A program made the position numbers and the translations under genes. Under the pieces are notes generated by a model. The model saw only the letters and a list, made by a program, of their open reading frames with translations. It had not been told where the DNA came from and ran no database searches. A stretch of DNA of 64,000 nucleotides from Felis catus (Eukaryota): positions 40,550,001-40,614,000 of the forward strand of contig NC_058368.1 of NCBI RefSeq assembly GCF_018350175.1, in the 5' to 3' direction. Below, piece after piece: positions 49,561-63,763 of the stretch; position 1 is the stretch's first letter, and each line of letters starts with the position of its first letter.

Positions 49561-50599
49561 GAAAGATAATTGTTTTAGTTTGATGTTGGTGACTTAACTC
49601 TGTTCTTTCATGAGGATTGCTTCTCCACTAGGTCTCCCCACTTTTAAGAATAAGTTTTCATATCTCACAGTAAGTCATATTGTTTTAATTTCTTTTATGT
49701 CAGTTATATGCTATAATACAGGCTCCACTAGCATCTCCCTTTAAAAAGTAGGCCTCAGAAGCTTTGTATTACTGCTTCCTTAATTTATTAACAACTTGAA
49801 AAAACCAGAAGACTTTGCTTCTCCACTTTGTAGGTTGTTATTAAATATGTATCTTGCTTTGAACTTTGAATAGATACCAATAGCCACCTCTAAGCTCCAT
49901 GAAACAAGACCAAGACATGAGTGATCATATGAATTTTTATGAAAATTTTACTCAGTGCAGTGAACTATGAGATAAAATTTATCATCACTGAGGCAAAGCA
50001 GATGACATAAAATGTGGGATATTGAAGTAGACAGATAGCAGAGTAAAATTTCTGTGAGCTGTCTATAAGAGGAATGTATTATGAAAAGGTACCAAAAAAG
50101 AACTTTCCTGTGATTATAATAATTTTTGGTACTATATATATTATTTTGATATAAGTCATTACATAGGATATTTTCCTCATTGTGGAATTTACATTTCTTT
50201 AAATGTTATGTAAAGTATAATTTTTAGGAAATAAACAACTGAAAACATTATTATAAAATGAAGACTTATTGATGATTTCATCTTGCGCATAGACTTATGA
50301 CATATTATTTTTTCAATATTGTATAGAAATGATGTCATTGCAAATAAGCAGGTGGAAAAATTACAGGGAAAATATGTGTCTTCATCCATGAAGACACATA
50401 AGTATTTAGGAGGCATAGAACACTACTTAAAATTTTGTTGGGATACATATAGCTGTTTTTTTTCTCTTTTCTCTTTTACCAATAATAATTTATTGATATT
50501 AACTAGTTATATGTGTATAATTGGGATTGCAGGTATCATTTACATTACTTAACTGGGAAATATGAATGAGGCTATCACTTTGTGGCATCATACTATTAT

Positions 50600-50813
50600 T
50601 TAAAAAAATTTTTTAACGTTTAATTTTGAGAGAGACAGATAGACAGAGAGCAAGCAAGAGAGGGGCAGAGAGAGGGAGGCACAGAATCCAAAGCAGGCTC
50701 CATAATCTGAGCTGCCAGCACACAGCCCCATGCGGGGCTCGAACTCATGAACCGTAAGATCATGACCTGAGCCAAAGTCAGATGCTTAACCAACTGAGCC
50801 ACCCCGGTGCCCC
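50600..50813 (-). mobile_element. CanSINE
   Basis: SINE body with TSD GCATCATA(C/T)TATTA at ~50585 and ~50815. Confidence 0.92.
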
Positions 50814-53800
50814 AGCATCATATTATTAATAATAACATGAAGACATCATAGATGATCAATCAGTTATTTTAGGGTATATTTACTGACCACCCATTATTTG
50901 GCCTACACCTTATAAATTGTATTTGAAAATAAGGTTTGAGTTACTTATATGCTTGAACCATATTGGAGGAATAGGAGAGAAACCATCTGTGCTAAAACTA
51001 TCTGAGCTTATATATGACTTATTGTGCAAGGAAAAAACTTGAAGTAGATTCTTTGCTAAATGAAATACAACATAAAATTAGTAATATTCAATTAGTATTG
51101 TATTACAAGTAATGTTGGAAGATATATTTGTAGTGATTTACATCCATATGACGTAGCATAAAAATCTGCTATGTCTCTCCACATTGAGTTTCTGGTTTTC
51201 AATTTTGTGTGTGGATTTTTTGTCCTAAAACTCATCCATGTTTTTAGCCACTTCTGGAAACCCTAAACATTTTGACATTTAAACTTGGGGAAGATATTTG
51301 TCAAGTAATAATTTCATTATAACATTTCTGCAACTCTATTGACAGATAAAGGCCTGGGCATCTTTGAAAATATATTTGGCTTTGCCGCTTCAGTGATGTG
51401 ATTCCACATAGCATCATGATTCATTGTATCAATTTTGGCAAGCATTGTTGTTAGAAATATCTTTAAAATATTAAACTAAGTTTTTTCTTGTTCTTTAGTA
51501 GATACTACCTTAATAAGATCCAGGGAATTGGTTCAATACGTTTTCAAGTATCTGTGTCAACAGATTGAAGAAAAAAATATGTAAAGTTATTTTTTAATAT
51601 ACTGGACAAGTCATGAAGTGGAGTATGCTTAGATGAGAATTTTTGGTGTACATTACTCTGTTTATACTGGGCCTTTTGGGCATGCTCCCCCAACCTCAAA
51701 GTAAAAGAAAGGAATTTTCTAAAAATACATGTACTTTTTTCGTTTTGCTTGTTTAAGTTCAGTCTGGCTACCAGTTTGAGAAAATACTAGAATAGGGGCA
51801 AGAGAGCAATCAGATACTCTAATTAGGGAAATGAAACGATAATATAGTCAAGAAAAGATGGAGGCTTGCATTTAGATGGAGGGTATTAATTTCCAGGTAA
51901 ACTGACAGATTTGAGCTAATTTTGCGGGTAGGGTCAATATGTGTTTAGTTTCTGGACTCAATAACTTGTATACACTGGTACTGCTCATTGAATTGCAATG
52001 CCTGGAAATGTGCGTGTGTTTGTGCATGTTTGCAAATGTACACATGAAAGGCAGAAAATCTAGACGACCTTAATGTATTTTTTTAAAATATATCTATGAG
52101 GCATCCAAGAGGATATTCCAATAATGTAGTTGAAAATATGATTCTGAACTCAAATCAAGCATTGGAGCTGGAGGAAAAAAAGTCAGAATTTTCAAGGCGG
52201 AGATGATATAAAACATAGTAAAAATAACAATGCCTCTTAGGAAGAGTGGTTAAAACAAAAAGAGTTCTCAGGTCTAACCCATGAAGAGGTCTGAGGTTTC
52301 TTATTATGCACAAGAAGAGATAGAATTTAAATTATTATGAGAGAGAAAAGAGGAGAAACAGTAGAGTGTGATATTAATGAATAAGAGAGTAGAGCTAATT
52401 AAGATAACAAAAATTCCATCATGAATTTCTTATAGAGGGGCAGTGGTGGCCTAGGATAGTGAAGCATGTTAGAAAAAGAAGTAAATTTATATAGTGTGTT
52501 GAGGGGTAAGAGTTGTGAAGACAGAGGCAGTTTGTGTAGATATGTCTTTTAAGTAGGAAGGAAAAGGGACTCTGTGATGTGTGAAACCGAACAGATAACC
52601 AAGGGAGTGGCATCCTCCTATAGAAGAGACAAAATGTTGTTTAAGGCAAGAATAAAGCATGCACTTTGCAAGTTAAATGGAAACATTGCTGTAATTGTAT
52701 CCTTGGTTTTGAGTAGAATGGGTCCCAGTCTGGTGAAATCTTTTTTGTGTGAGTGTGAATATATAGATATATGAGTGTGAATATATAGATATACCATTTG
52801 CAACTGATGATTTTAAAAAAAAGATATATATGTGAAAAAAGACATGGTGTGAAGTTGTCATTTCAGGAAAAAAAAAGCCTATTGGGCATTCTAGGAAATG
52901 TTGTGACAGTAGAATTGTCAGTTAGCAAATGCCTTTAACAACACATGAAGCAGGTGTGTGCAGATCGGCTCAACTGGCATTGAAGATTTCACAAGCAAGA
53001 CAAATGGAAAGCACCGGGATGTGGGGCAGGGATGGAACTGATAGGAAAGGGGAGAGGAGAAGAGAGACACAGATGGAGGGTAGAGAAGGGAAAGAAGGGA
53101 GGTACATGAGTTTTGGTCATTTGAGAGTGAAATGTTACAAATAAACATTCTGTGTGCCTGCTGGATAGATAGGAAGGATAAAGACCTGCCCTGTGTCTGC
53201 AACAGTTGTAGGAGCATTGGATTACAGTGCTTGAGAAGATGTTTAGTAGTGGTGCACGAAAGTCTACGATATGAAAGATTGGAATTTGGAGCATATTCTC
53301 ATGGAAATGTGGAAAACAAGATGTTAGAGATTAAGCAGTTTTGGCTACCAACAAAGACTAGATTATTGAGATTAAAATGCTAATAAATATGGATGCTTTG
53401 ACTCACCAAATCTATCAGAATAGAGACCAATTTTTTAATGTTTCAGACTGAAGTTCCTTTTTGACAAATGTAGATTACAAACAATAACAAAAACTGTGTG
53501 ATTAGTTTGATTTTTTAGGCTACAAAAACCAGTTTCTTCATAAATTTGGATCTTTTGACACCAAAAAAACCCACACCGATTATTAATTGCTTAGTGTCTC
53601 AAATCACATGACTCATCTAAAACTAAAGAAATATATTGAATTTTTTCAAATTTTAAATTAACAGGATTTGGATGTTATCAGAAAGGTCTTGTATTTTATG
53701 AGCAATTGGTGACAATTCAAGAACTTTTATCCTTTGTAAAATATCATTCTTATATTTCTTATAAATTTCTATCAAAGTTTAAGTTACTGAAATAAGAATT

Positions 53801-54125
53801 TGCTATGTCTCCAACTAAAAATATGTGTGTGTAAGGATTCAAGCTCACCTTATAATTAAACGTGTGCAAACTGCTTAAAATTTTTTTATTGGACTTTTAA
53901 TTCTGATTTCAAGTGATTAATTTCTTTGAATATCTTTTTACTCTTGAGAAAAAATATCTAATCACATTTACTTTAAAATCTATAAAATTTCTTAGTACTG
54001 TCCACTTTACTATCTTTTAAAATATTTTTTTTACAATAAGCAGTTTCTCATGTATTTTGTTTTAGCAAATTTCAGAGGCCATACATTGTGAAATTTGCAA
54101 AACAAAATCTTCCAATGTCTTGTTT

Positions 54126-54130
<5 letters not shown>

Positions 54131-54180
<50 letters not shown>

Positions 54181-54433
54181 TATATACATATATATGTATA
54201 TCTATATATTTAATTTGTTTTAATTTTTGAAAAAAACTTTTATTTATTATCGAGGGAGAGAGACAGAGCATGAGTCTGGGAGGGGCAGACAGAGAAGGAG
54301 ACAGAATCCGAAGTAGGCTCCAGGCTCTGAGCTGTCAGCACAGAGCCTGACGTGGGGCTCCAAACCAACGAACTATAAGATCGTGACCTGAGCTGAAGTT
54401 GGATGCTTAACCAACTGAGCCACCAGGCACCCC
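54131..54433 (-). mobile_element. CanSINE with a (TA)n microsatellite in its tail
   Basis: SINE body with TSD AATGTCTTGTTTTCTTT at 54114-54130 and 54434-54450. Confidence 0.92.
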
Positions 54434-54712
54434 AATGTCTTGTTTTCTTTATTGTTCTAATTGTAATACTAGCTTCTGCATGAAGAGTCAAGAAGCATAT
54501 GAAAACATGTCAACATCACTAATCAACAGAGAAATGTTAAAACCACAATGAGATACCATCACATACCCATTGGGCTGGCTTCCAAAGGGAAGGGGAAAAG
54601 GAAGGGGAGAAAGATGGAGAAAATAAAAGAAAAAAAAAAGAAAGAAAAGTGTTGGCTAGGATGTAGACATAAGTGAACCCTTCTGCACTCTTTTTTAGTG
54701 CAAAAGATGCCC

Positions 54713-55903
54713 TGTGAGCATTACATGAACCCACGTATGTTAAACCTGGACCAAAACCCATCCTAATGTTGTGAGGAAAGAGCTAGGGAAGGCAGCTTCA
54801 GACTTCTCCTTGCTTCACCTAAATCTCACAATTGCGTGAATCATTTGAGTTCTCAATACAGTTTGATACTCAGTGAAATCTCTGATTCTTGTGAGTCTTA
54901 TTTCATACTCAGAACTCTTTGTTAGGTAAGCCGTTGGGTATAACACATTCTTCACGGACTCATCTTTCATATGCAAGTTGGTCTGGGGTCAATGAAGAAT
55001 TTCATTTCTTCTCGGTTCTTCAAAATAGCAGGTGTAGTTTGTAGAGTAATTCCCTCAGGCTTTATGAAGGAATGCTATAGAAGGCAGGTATGACTTAGAG
55101 CTGTCTTCTCAAGGCTTTTGTGGCATACGGTAATCAAAATAACTTTAATGTTCCCTTCAAATTGATTAAACTTTAGGGGTGCCTGGGTGGCTCAGTCGGT
55201 TGAGTGTCCGACTTCGGCTCAGGTCATGATCTCACAGCTCATCAGTTCAAGCCCCGCATCGGGCTCTGTGCTGACAGCTCGGAGCCTGGAGCCTGCTTCT
55301 GATTCTGTGTCTCCCTCTCTCTCTGCCCCTAACCCACTTGCATTCTGTCTCTGTCTCTCTCAAAAATAAACATTAATTTTTTTTTTCAAATTGATTAAAC
55401 TTTAGACAGGCTTCATACTGATTATAGACCCCCGACTCTCTTAGAGTATTTACTTCAGAAAACATGTAATTGTAAATTCTTACTCTGTCTCTTGAGATGT
55501 AAATCTTTAAAAAGCTTCTTGCCAGTTTTGTAACCCAGGAATGGCTTTCTCAAAGAGCTGGCAGCCATATCTTTGAAATGGAGTTATTGATGAAGAGAGT
55601 ATTACTCTTTCCCAGTTTCTCTGGGAGAGTACAAGCCTAACTTCAAGAACCCTACTTCATATTGTAAAACTACCCCTGTCATAAAGATATGAGAAACTTT
55701 ACTTTTGTTTGGACAAAGCCAATTAACAAACAGAAACAGCCTATATTTCCAACACCTCAGCTCCTAAAAACACTCTAGGTCTTTGTTTCAGTAGAATTGA
55801 GTTCTGACTGAGATACAGGCTCACTCCCTTATTATAATAACCTTGAATAAATCCATTTATATTTTATGTTTAAATATGTTTGGTACATTTTTTGATTTGA
55901 CTA
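54713..55903 (+). mobile_element. MER34/MER39-like LTR region (5' boundary uncertain)
   Basis: 55490-55700 resembles the recalled MER34-family core (AACCCAGGAATG.CTTTCTCAA...GCCAT.TCTTTGAAATG). AATAAA at ~55846 and a TTTGAC end. Confidence 0.5.
55176..55384 (+). mobile_element. CanSINE inside an LTR-like region
   Basis: SINE body with a 20-bp direct repeat TTCAAATTGATTAAACTTTA at 55156-55175 and 55385-55404. Confidence 0.93.
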
Positions 55904-56052
55904 TGTCCAAGGCCATTATAGTGATAACAGCATTGTATGGTGTAAACTGAGCCTCATTTTGCATATATCTATACATAATAAATACTTGGTAAATATTTGT
56001 TGAACCGATTTTAATTTAAAAGCTTTGTCATTTGCATTTTCTTTAGCATACA

Positions 56053-56053
<1 letters not shown>

Positions 56054-56094
<41 letters not shown>

Positions 56095-56103
56095 ACACAC
56101 ACA
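56054..56103. repeat. (CA)n microsatellite
   Basis: Direct reading. Confidence 0.95.
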
Positions 56104-56472
56104 GCATGTCTTGGAACACCTGAACGGAGATTTATTAAACTGCCACTCATGGTTCATATTAAGTAAAGTTACACAAATAGTTTTATCATTAATTCATTCA
56201 GCTTATATGTATTAAGTGATTAGGTCCATTCACACATTAGGGTCAGATTCCTTTTAAACATGCAGACAAGCAGATGCCTTGTGTAATGACAATTTATTTC
56301 TATATGTTTTGCCTTTTGGTTTGGAGTAATACTGCTTAAATATGAAGATAGTGTTTATTTATAAATGAATATTAATGGAAAAATTAAAGTTCTAATTCTT
56401 ACATAAAATTAACACTTCAAATTTCAAGTATTCACACTTCCAATTGTGACTTATTAAAAGTAAGGAGAAAAT

Positions 56473-56696
56473 GGGGCGCCTGGGTGGCTCAGTTGGTTAA
56501 GCATCCAACTTTAGCTCAGGTCATGATCTCCTAGTTCATGGGTTCGTGCCCCTCATTGGGTTCTGTGCTGACATCTCAGAGCCTGGAGCCTGCTTCGGAT
56601 TCCGTGTCTCCTTCTCTCTCTATTCCTCCCCTGCTCATGCTCTGTCTCTCTCTCTCTCTCTCCAAAATAAATAAAGATTAAAAAAATAATAATAAT
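56473..56696 (+). mobile_element. CanSINE
   Basis: SINE body with TSD AAA(A/G)GTAAGGAGAA at 56456-56469 and 56697-56710. Confidence 0.92.
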
Positions 56697-56869
56697 AAAG
56701 GTAAGGAGAATTGTTATATTTACTTTGGATTTTGCGTGTGTATCACTCAGATTATAAAACTTTGATTCAGTTCATGTATTTTTGATCTGGTAACGGTAAC
56801 TGCCATCCATTTAATATCTTAAATGTGAAACTTGTCTTCTGTCATACACACCTCACAATATTTAATTTG

Positions 56870-57066
56870 TGGGGAGCGCCTGGGTGGCCCAGTTGGTTGA
56901 GCAATCAACTTCGACTCAGGTCATGATCTCGCGGTTTGTGGGTTCGAGCCCACATTGGCCTCTGTGCTGACAGTGCAGAACCTGCTTGGCATTCTCTCTC
57001 TCTCTTTGTCCCTCCTCTACTTGTGCATTCTCTCTCTTTCAAAATAAATGAATAAACTTTAAAAAA
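56870..57066 (+). mobile_element. CanSINE
   Basis: GCGCCTGGGTGGCCCAG head, GGTTCGAGCCC B box, CT tract and A-tail. Confidence 0.9.
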
Positions 57067-57231
57067 TATTTGTTTTTTTTATTCTATTTATCAAATATAT
57101 TTTAAGAGTAATCCCTCTGGGTAGCCATTGAATTTAGAGAATTTAAGGAGTGAAAGAGACAGCTCAGCACAGTGCTACAAAATTACCCACGTGGACTAAT
57201 CAAATTGAGTGATAATTATGAGGTGCTTTTT

Positions 57232-57287
<56 letters not shown>

Positions 57288-57395
57288 AAAGAGGAGGAAG
57301 GGAAAGAGGAAAGAAAAAGAAGGAAGGAAGGACAGAAAGAAAGAAAGAAAGAACAGAAAGAAAGAGGGAAAGAAGAAAAAAACTAAAACAAAAGA
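57232..57395. repeat. (GAAA)n and polypurine tract
   Basis: Direct reading. Confidence 0.92.
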
Positions 57396-57789
57396 AGCCT
57401 CTTAATTTGTGCAGTGTTAAAAAGGAAGGATTCCAAGAGCTGACTTACTTAAGGACTTTTATAATCACAATCTTCTGGAGGCAGGTGCCTGGAGGCAGAA
57501 GTGACTATTGACCCTTCTTTGATTTGAGTTTCCTGAGTGCTTGCTAAGGCTTTTGGCCAGGGAATGTGATGGGAATTCAGGATACAATCCAACCATAAAG
57601 ATACATCATTATACCGCATCCTCAGAAGTCTTACTGCTACTTGGTCACTGTATATACTGTGCAGAAGCTTATTTCTCATTGATCTGTTTTTCCCTTAACC
57701 CTGCTCAGAAAAGTCATGAAAGTGACTCTGGAAAGATGTTGATTTGAATGGGACATTTGATGTATTTGTATCAGGAATCAAGTATTGTA

Positions 57790-58312
57790 GCAAATATAAT
57801 AAGTTTTCCTTATAGTATTTAGAAATAATAATTTCCAAATTATTCACACAGATAAAGAAATAAAATATTCAATACTCAGAAGCACACTTCATCACCGTTT
57901 GTATTCCTTTCCCATTACCACCCACCAAGGATAACCTAGTAAGTATCACAGTGTTATTAAGAATATCACTACTTCTGACATCGTAGGTTACTCTTGCCCT
58001 TTTTTTGGACTTGATATAAATTGAATCATTCAGTATGTACTCAGTAGTGTCTGGCCTCTTTCATCCATGTTATTGTATGAAGTTTCAGTTTTTTTTTCCT
58101 TTTCGCTGTTATATGGTATTCTATTATGCACATATAGCAAAATTTATTTTTCAGTGTACTTGTTATGTGCATTTGAGTAGTCTTCAGTTTGGGTTATTCC
58201 CTGTAGTGTTACCATTAACATTCTCACCCTAATTATTATAAGAACATATGTGTGTAGTTCTGTTCTGTATCTTCAGTTACTTTTCACTCTCTTAATGGTG
58301 TATTTTATTGAA
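57790..58312 (-). mobile_element. Old L1M (L1ME-like) fragment
   Basis: Degenerate 3' L1 motifs (GAATCAT.CAGTATGTAC, TGTCTGGC.TCTTTCA). Confidence 0.5.
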
Positions 58313-58881
58313 TGACCAAAATAATTCTTTAAAAATACAAAGTAAATAGTAGTACCCTGCTTGAGTCCCTTCAAATCCTTCCTATTTCATTAAAATTTAA
58401 AATCAAATCCATAACGGATTTCCACATCATCCAGCTCCTGGTTTCCTCCAAAATCTCATGCTATTTCCTCTTACTATGCTTCAATCACTCTAGTCTGTCA
58501 CTGCCTAGAATGTAACCAGATTTGACCTTCACAGAATTAATTGTCTTGTTAACTCTTGCTGAAAATTTTTTTCTTATATCCCATATATATCAGACTCCTT
58601 CTTCAGTTAACCACCTTAGAAAGTCATTTGACAGACATAATCAGAGTGTGTCAACCCCTGTTGTTTTCTATTAGTACATTATTATGCCCTTTCAAAAATA
58701 TTGTGAAAATTTTTAATTATCTCATCAGTTTTAGTGAATTAAAATAAATTATATCTATATCTTCTAGACTGTATGTATCATGTCTGTTTTGTTTATTCCT
58801 CTATACATAGTACATAGCAGAGGACATGTTAAATATTAGTTGCTTAGTCAAATTCATTGAGTAAACAAATAAAAAATATAC

Positions 58882-59210
58882 CTATAATGGACTGAATGTA
58901 TCCTTTCAAAATTCATATGTAAAAACCTTAATATGATGCTTTTGGGGATGGAACCTTTGGGAGGTGATTAGGTCATAAGGGTGGAGCCCTGATGAGTAGG
59001 ATTAGTGTTCTTATAAGAAGAGGTCAGAGAGCTGCCTAGCTTTCCACCACATGAGGATACACTGAGAAGTCTGTGACCTGGAAGAGGACCCTCACCCTAC
59101 CATACTGGCATACTAATTTCAGATTTCCAGCCTCCACAACTGTGAAAAACATATTTCTGTTGTTTATAAGCCACTCAGTCTATTTTGTTATAGCAGCTTA
59201 ATCTCAGACA
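58882..59210 (+). mobile_element. MLT1A-like MaLR LTR
   Basis: GGACTGAATGT, GGGAGGTGATTAGGTCAT.AGGGTGGAGCCCT, CCAGCCTCCA.AACTGTGA and TTGTTATAGCAGC motifs. Confidence 0.8.
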
Positions 59211-60166
59211 ATACATATGTATCTGTGACATATTCATATAATAACTATTTATATTTTCCCTTATATATGAGATCTACATTTCTGATTCTTCCTTCTAACA
59301 CTTCAGGACCTCTAACACTTCAGGATGTAATATCAATGCAGAGTCCCCGTGGTTTAATTCAGGTAAATCAAATCAGTGATTATTATTGTAGTTCTAGATC
59401 ACTTTAGATGTTAATATAAGTGCTATATATAAACATAGATATATACATATATATTTCTTTTAATATGAAAATGACAAGAATCTTCAAACAGTCTAGTGGG
59501 TCACATAGATAAGCTGTCAAATGATTACAGTGTAAATGCTATAGTGTGAATATGAATTAAGTGTTATATAAACAACTAACTCATTGGGGCAGATAGCTAG
59601 AGGAGTTAAGAAGCTTTAGGCAAAGTTAAATATTTGTGATAGAAATTTAAAAATTGATTTTACCTACTGCTTTTCTTATATAGGTGCCTATAAAATAATA
59701 AAATATATAACTTGTCTAAACTTCTGTCCCCTCTGATATGAAATGTCTCCTATAACATTTCCCTTTTCATTCATTCATGAAGCAGCTGTTTACTGAGGTT
59801 ATGTTCTAGGCTCCAGACAACAAAAGAGAGAAACAGAGAGAGAAAGAAAAAAAATTGACATTATAAAGTTGGTATGCTACATATAGAAGAGAAAATCAGT
59901 GCTGGGGATTTTTTATCTCATATTGTTGCTTCTGTTTTATTTCTCCAGTTTTAAAATTTATCATTCTCATATGATGTACAATCCAGAATTTTCTTTTATT
60001 TCTCATGTTTATCTCTTCCCTGGATGTCTAATCAAAATCTGCAATATTTTTCATTTTTTCTAAGTTTTCCCTAATGGGAAAAGATTAGAGGCAGAAAAAA
60101 TATGCTGTTTGGGGCAGTCATCATTTTAGACCCACAAAGAGATTGCCCACACAATTGCCTTTGATG

Positions 60167-60398
60167 GGGGTGCCTGGGTGGCGCAGTCGGTTAAGTGTCC
60201 GACTTCAGCCAGGTCACGATCTCGCGGTCTGTGAGTTCGAGCCCCGCGTCAGGCTCTTGGCTGATGGCTCGGAGCCTGGAGCCTGCTTCCGATTCTGTGT
60301 CTCCCTCTCTCTCTGCCCCTCCCCCGTTCATGCTCTCTCTCTCTCTCTGTCCCAAAAATAAATAAAAAAAAAAGTTGAAAAAAAAATTAAAAAAAAAA
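60167..60398 (+). mobile_element. Young felid SINE (SINEC_Fc-type)
   Basis: Perfect 16-bp TSD ACAATTGCCTTTGATG at 60151-60166 and 60399-60414. Shares CTTCAGCCAGGTCACGATCTCGCGG and TGTCCCAAAA with the copy at 33821. Confidence 0.95.
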
Positions 60399-63300
60399 AC
60401 AATTGCCTTTGATGAATAAATAATGATAATGCCATTATGTTTATATTTTGGCACTTGGTATATTTGTCCAGGTTAGTGTCAGTTTTATACTCTAAAATTC
60501 TAGAAGACAGACATCATATCTCTAATGTGCTCCAGTCCATGCATTGTGCAGATGGGTATTTCCTTTTTGATTGAAAGATGGATATGGGAATTGTCATCTT
60601 GGAAAGTTTATAAATGAAAAAGAGTAATCTTTTACTCTGTAATAACTCAGGAACAACTGGAAAAATGTTCTTTAACTGTAAAAAAAAATCAACTTGCAGG
60701 CTAAGTCTAAGCATAGAAATTTCATCCTAAATGATATCTATAAAAAAAAAAGGTGTGATTGACTGGAAACAGTGGCTTATAATGAAAGATGTCTCAGAAA
60801 CCTCTCACTTACATTTCCTACCACAAAGAATGAAATACGCACCACATGTTTAGGTCACATTCTGAGTAATATGATAGAGTTTGCAATATAATATTATTGA
60901 CATTGATTTATTAATATTGATTTCTAAGCTGTACAACATAGTCGAAGCTATTTTCTCCTGCTTTCTTTCTTAAGCAGATTAAAGTAAAAATAGTGAATTA
61001 TGAATTGTGGGCTGTCTTGAATTTTGATAAAATATCAACAATGACTTTTCAGTGTCATGTTTCACCAACTGTAATTAATTGCTTTAAAGTGTGCATTCCA
61101 ATAAAAGTCATTTTTACATTTACACATGGTTATATTTAGAAGAAATAAAGCTTGGAATTGAAAATTGCATAAAATAATTTTATTTGTTATTTTCAATGCA
61201 AGAAATTTAGATATAGCGTAATTGCAGTGGTTTAATTATTTTACATCATCATAGTAGCTCTATATTTATATATATAATGACTCATAAAATTACTAACAAA
61301 AACAAAACAGCACAAATATAAATTTTGTGAGTTTTTCAGAATCTCTTACTAATGTAGTATGTAAATGTAAAGAAAATTATAAAATATCCCATCCCAATAA
61401 TAATTTAATAACTAATATTGTAGTTTCATAGGAACAGGATTTATCCTTGGTAAAAACTTGTTGCTATTATCATCCATTATTTCCTTAAGTTATTTTGGTA
61501 ACTTTCTTCTCTGTTATAACTGACCACTGAATCAGCAATCTACTCCTTCATCTAAGTTTTGATTCATTTTCTCCATCAAGACCTATTTACTATTTCCTGC
61601 TGTATCCTGGTTTCCTAGTGTGCTTTTCTCCCCAATCTGCCTTTATGGTTTGGACTTAAAAGCTTTATCAGTCTTTAACTTCTCTCCTTAAAGTAAAAAT
61701 ATATTCATTTCATGTCCCATTTTGTTAAGGTCTTACATTCTTTTGGTGAAAAATTGCTAACCTCATTACCCATTCTCACATGTTAATGCGGGTCAGTGCT
61801 ATAGTTTACTACATTGTAAACTACTTAAGAGAAGTAATTTAATATAGATTTATGTAACCAGTGACTAGTGTAATGAGTTCTTCATAGGCATCTCCCTCTA
61901 AAATTATAATGTTATTAAAGTAAAATTTGATATCTTCCTAAATATTTTACTTAAATTTTGAAAATTTTGACTGAAACTGTACTGTTTGTCAATAGCAGTG
62001 AGAATATCAGCTTATACAAATTTGTTCCATAGAGTTTTAAGTCTCTACTATCCATCCCTTCCTGTGCATCAACCAGTATATACAGTTTTCATACCATTGC
62101 TGTTTTCATCAGCAAATATGAATATGGGTCAGTATACCTAAAAAAGCATAATTAATATGTCATCACGTAACTGAAATTAGTTTTACATAAAAGCGATTTC
62201 AAGGAGCTCACATATAAATATGTCTGCAAGTCAGACAAAATCTGCTGTAAATATTTCTTGAAATAAACTCCTCTATATTATGTGCGATAATTTGAAAGTA
62301 TCTGGTACTATGCAGTTGACTAGATTGACTCTTTGAACGTCTATCACCAAGAAATTAATTGGATGCTGCATAGTTACTCATAGTTTTTATACTTATGTCA
62401 TTTAGTCAACCAAAATTACTGGACCACAAAATGAACATTCTAGTTATTTGGGCAGACTCATCTGAATGGAAATGATTATGCATTGATCAAATCAAGTTCT
62501 CCAGGGTTTAGTTGTTATGGAATTGAAATGCTTGAACTCACAACATTTTTTGTTGATTTGTTAATTATCTGTCTACCTAGTTTCTGACTAATATAGAATT
62601 CACTGACTGAAAATCACTTAAGAAGCAATATTTGTCCACTTTTGTTTGTTTCATTAGACTTTACACTGAAAACCTGAAGATCTGAATATAATATTTCAGG
62701 CTGAAGAGACAGAAATGATAGCATCATATATAATAATATTTTTGAAACTTCAAAAGTCAAAATGGGTATTAAGTGCTTTCAACCTATAGTTACATAAGAA
62801 TATGTTAGCTTAATTTTAATGCCACTTCTTATTTTTCAAAGTAGCAATACTAGTAGCTCATTTTAAAACATTTACATATATAACTTTTTGAAATTTATTT
62901 ATTTGTTACTATGACCATTAAAAAATCCTACACCATATTTAAGGGAATAAAACAGTAATATGTAATTATTCACCTGACGTCTTCTCTCATATTAAAGCTG
63001 AAATAAAACCACATGGCTTACAAAACAATTTTGGTAATTCTATTCACAAGCAAATCACAGAATACAAAATTTTCAAAATAAGCATAATTTGACACACATC
63101 TATAAAACTCCTAGACATGCCTCTTTTCCTTTAGTGGCTTCATTTTATTTTTTAAAACTAATTATATCCTGTTACATTCAAGAAAGAATTTGAGATAAAT
63201 ATCTAAATAACATATATATTGTGAAAAAAGTCCAAAATAAATTTAAAGTTATAATTTTCCAGGGGAAAAAATTCCGGAGGGGAAAAATGTCTGTGGAGAA

Positions 63301-63763
63301 ACAAAGTTCCGGGACAAGTGAAAATATACATTTATATATGGAATGTGATTGGGGTTAAAAGAGTTTCACTTTATTCTTGGCACTGAGCTTTCTGGGTGCC
63401 AATCAAAAGAAGAAAACTCAATTACAATTAATTTGAATTTCAAGATTCAGATTACAAATAAAATAAAAAGAAGCAGTTGTTCAGTGGAAACAGTTCCTTT
63501 TTTATTTTATTTTGTTTTCAATAATCAGAAAGAGAAGACGTAATTGAAATATTTATAAAGCATATATCTCTGATAAAATCATCTGTATAATAAAATTAAA
63601 CACAATGTAAGAAAGTTGTCAGGGTTTTTGTTGTTGTTGTTGTTAAGTAGTCACAACCTATCAATATTCCTGACTTAGTAAATGTTCCAAAAGTTTACTG
63701 GCTATATGAATGAATCCACAACTTTCATATGAAAATCCAAGCACACAAGTTGAACAGTTTAGT

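Noticed and set aside
51780..52640. Possible L2 relic (similar hints at ~30-480 and ~2400-2900)
   Set aside because: Too degraded to set boundaries or family by eye; it needs a profile-HMM search.
57172..57511. Lys/Arg/Glu-rich ORFs
   Set aside because: They are translations of the (GAAA)n polypurine tract.
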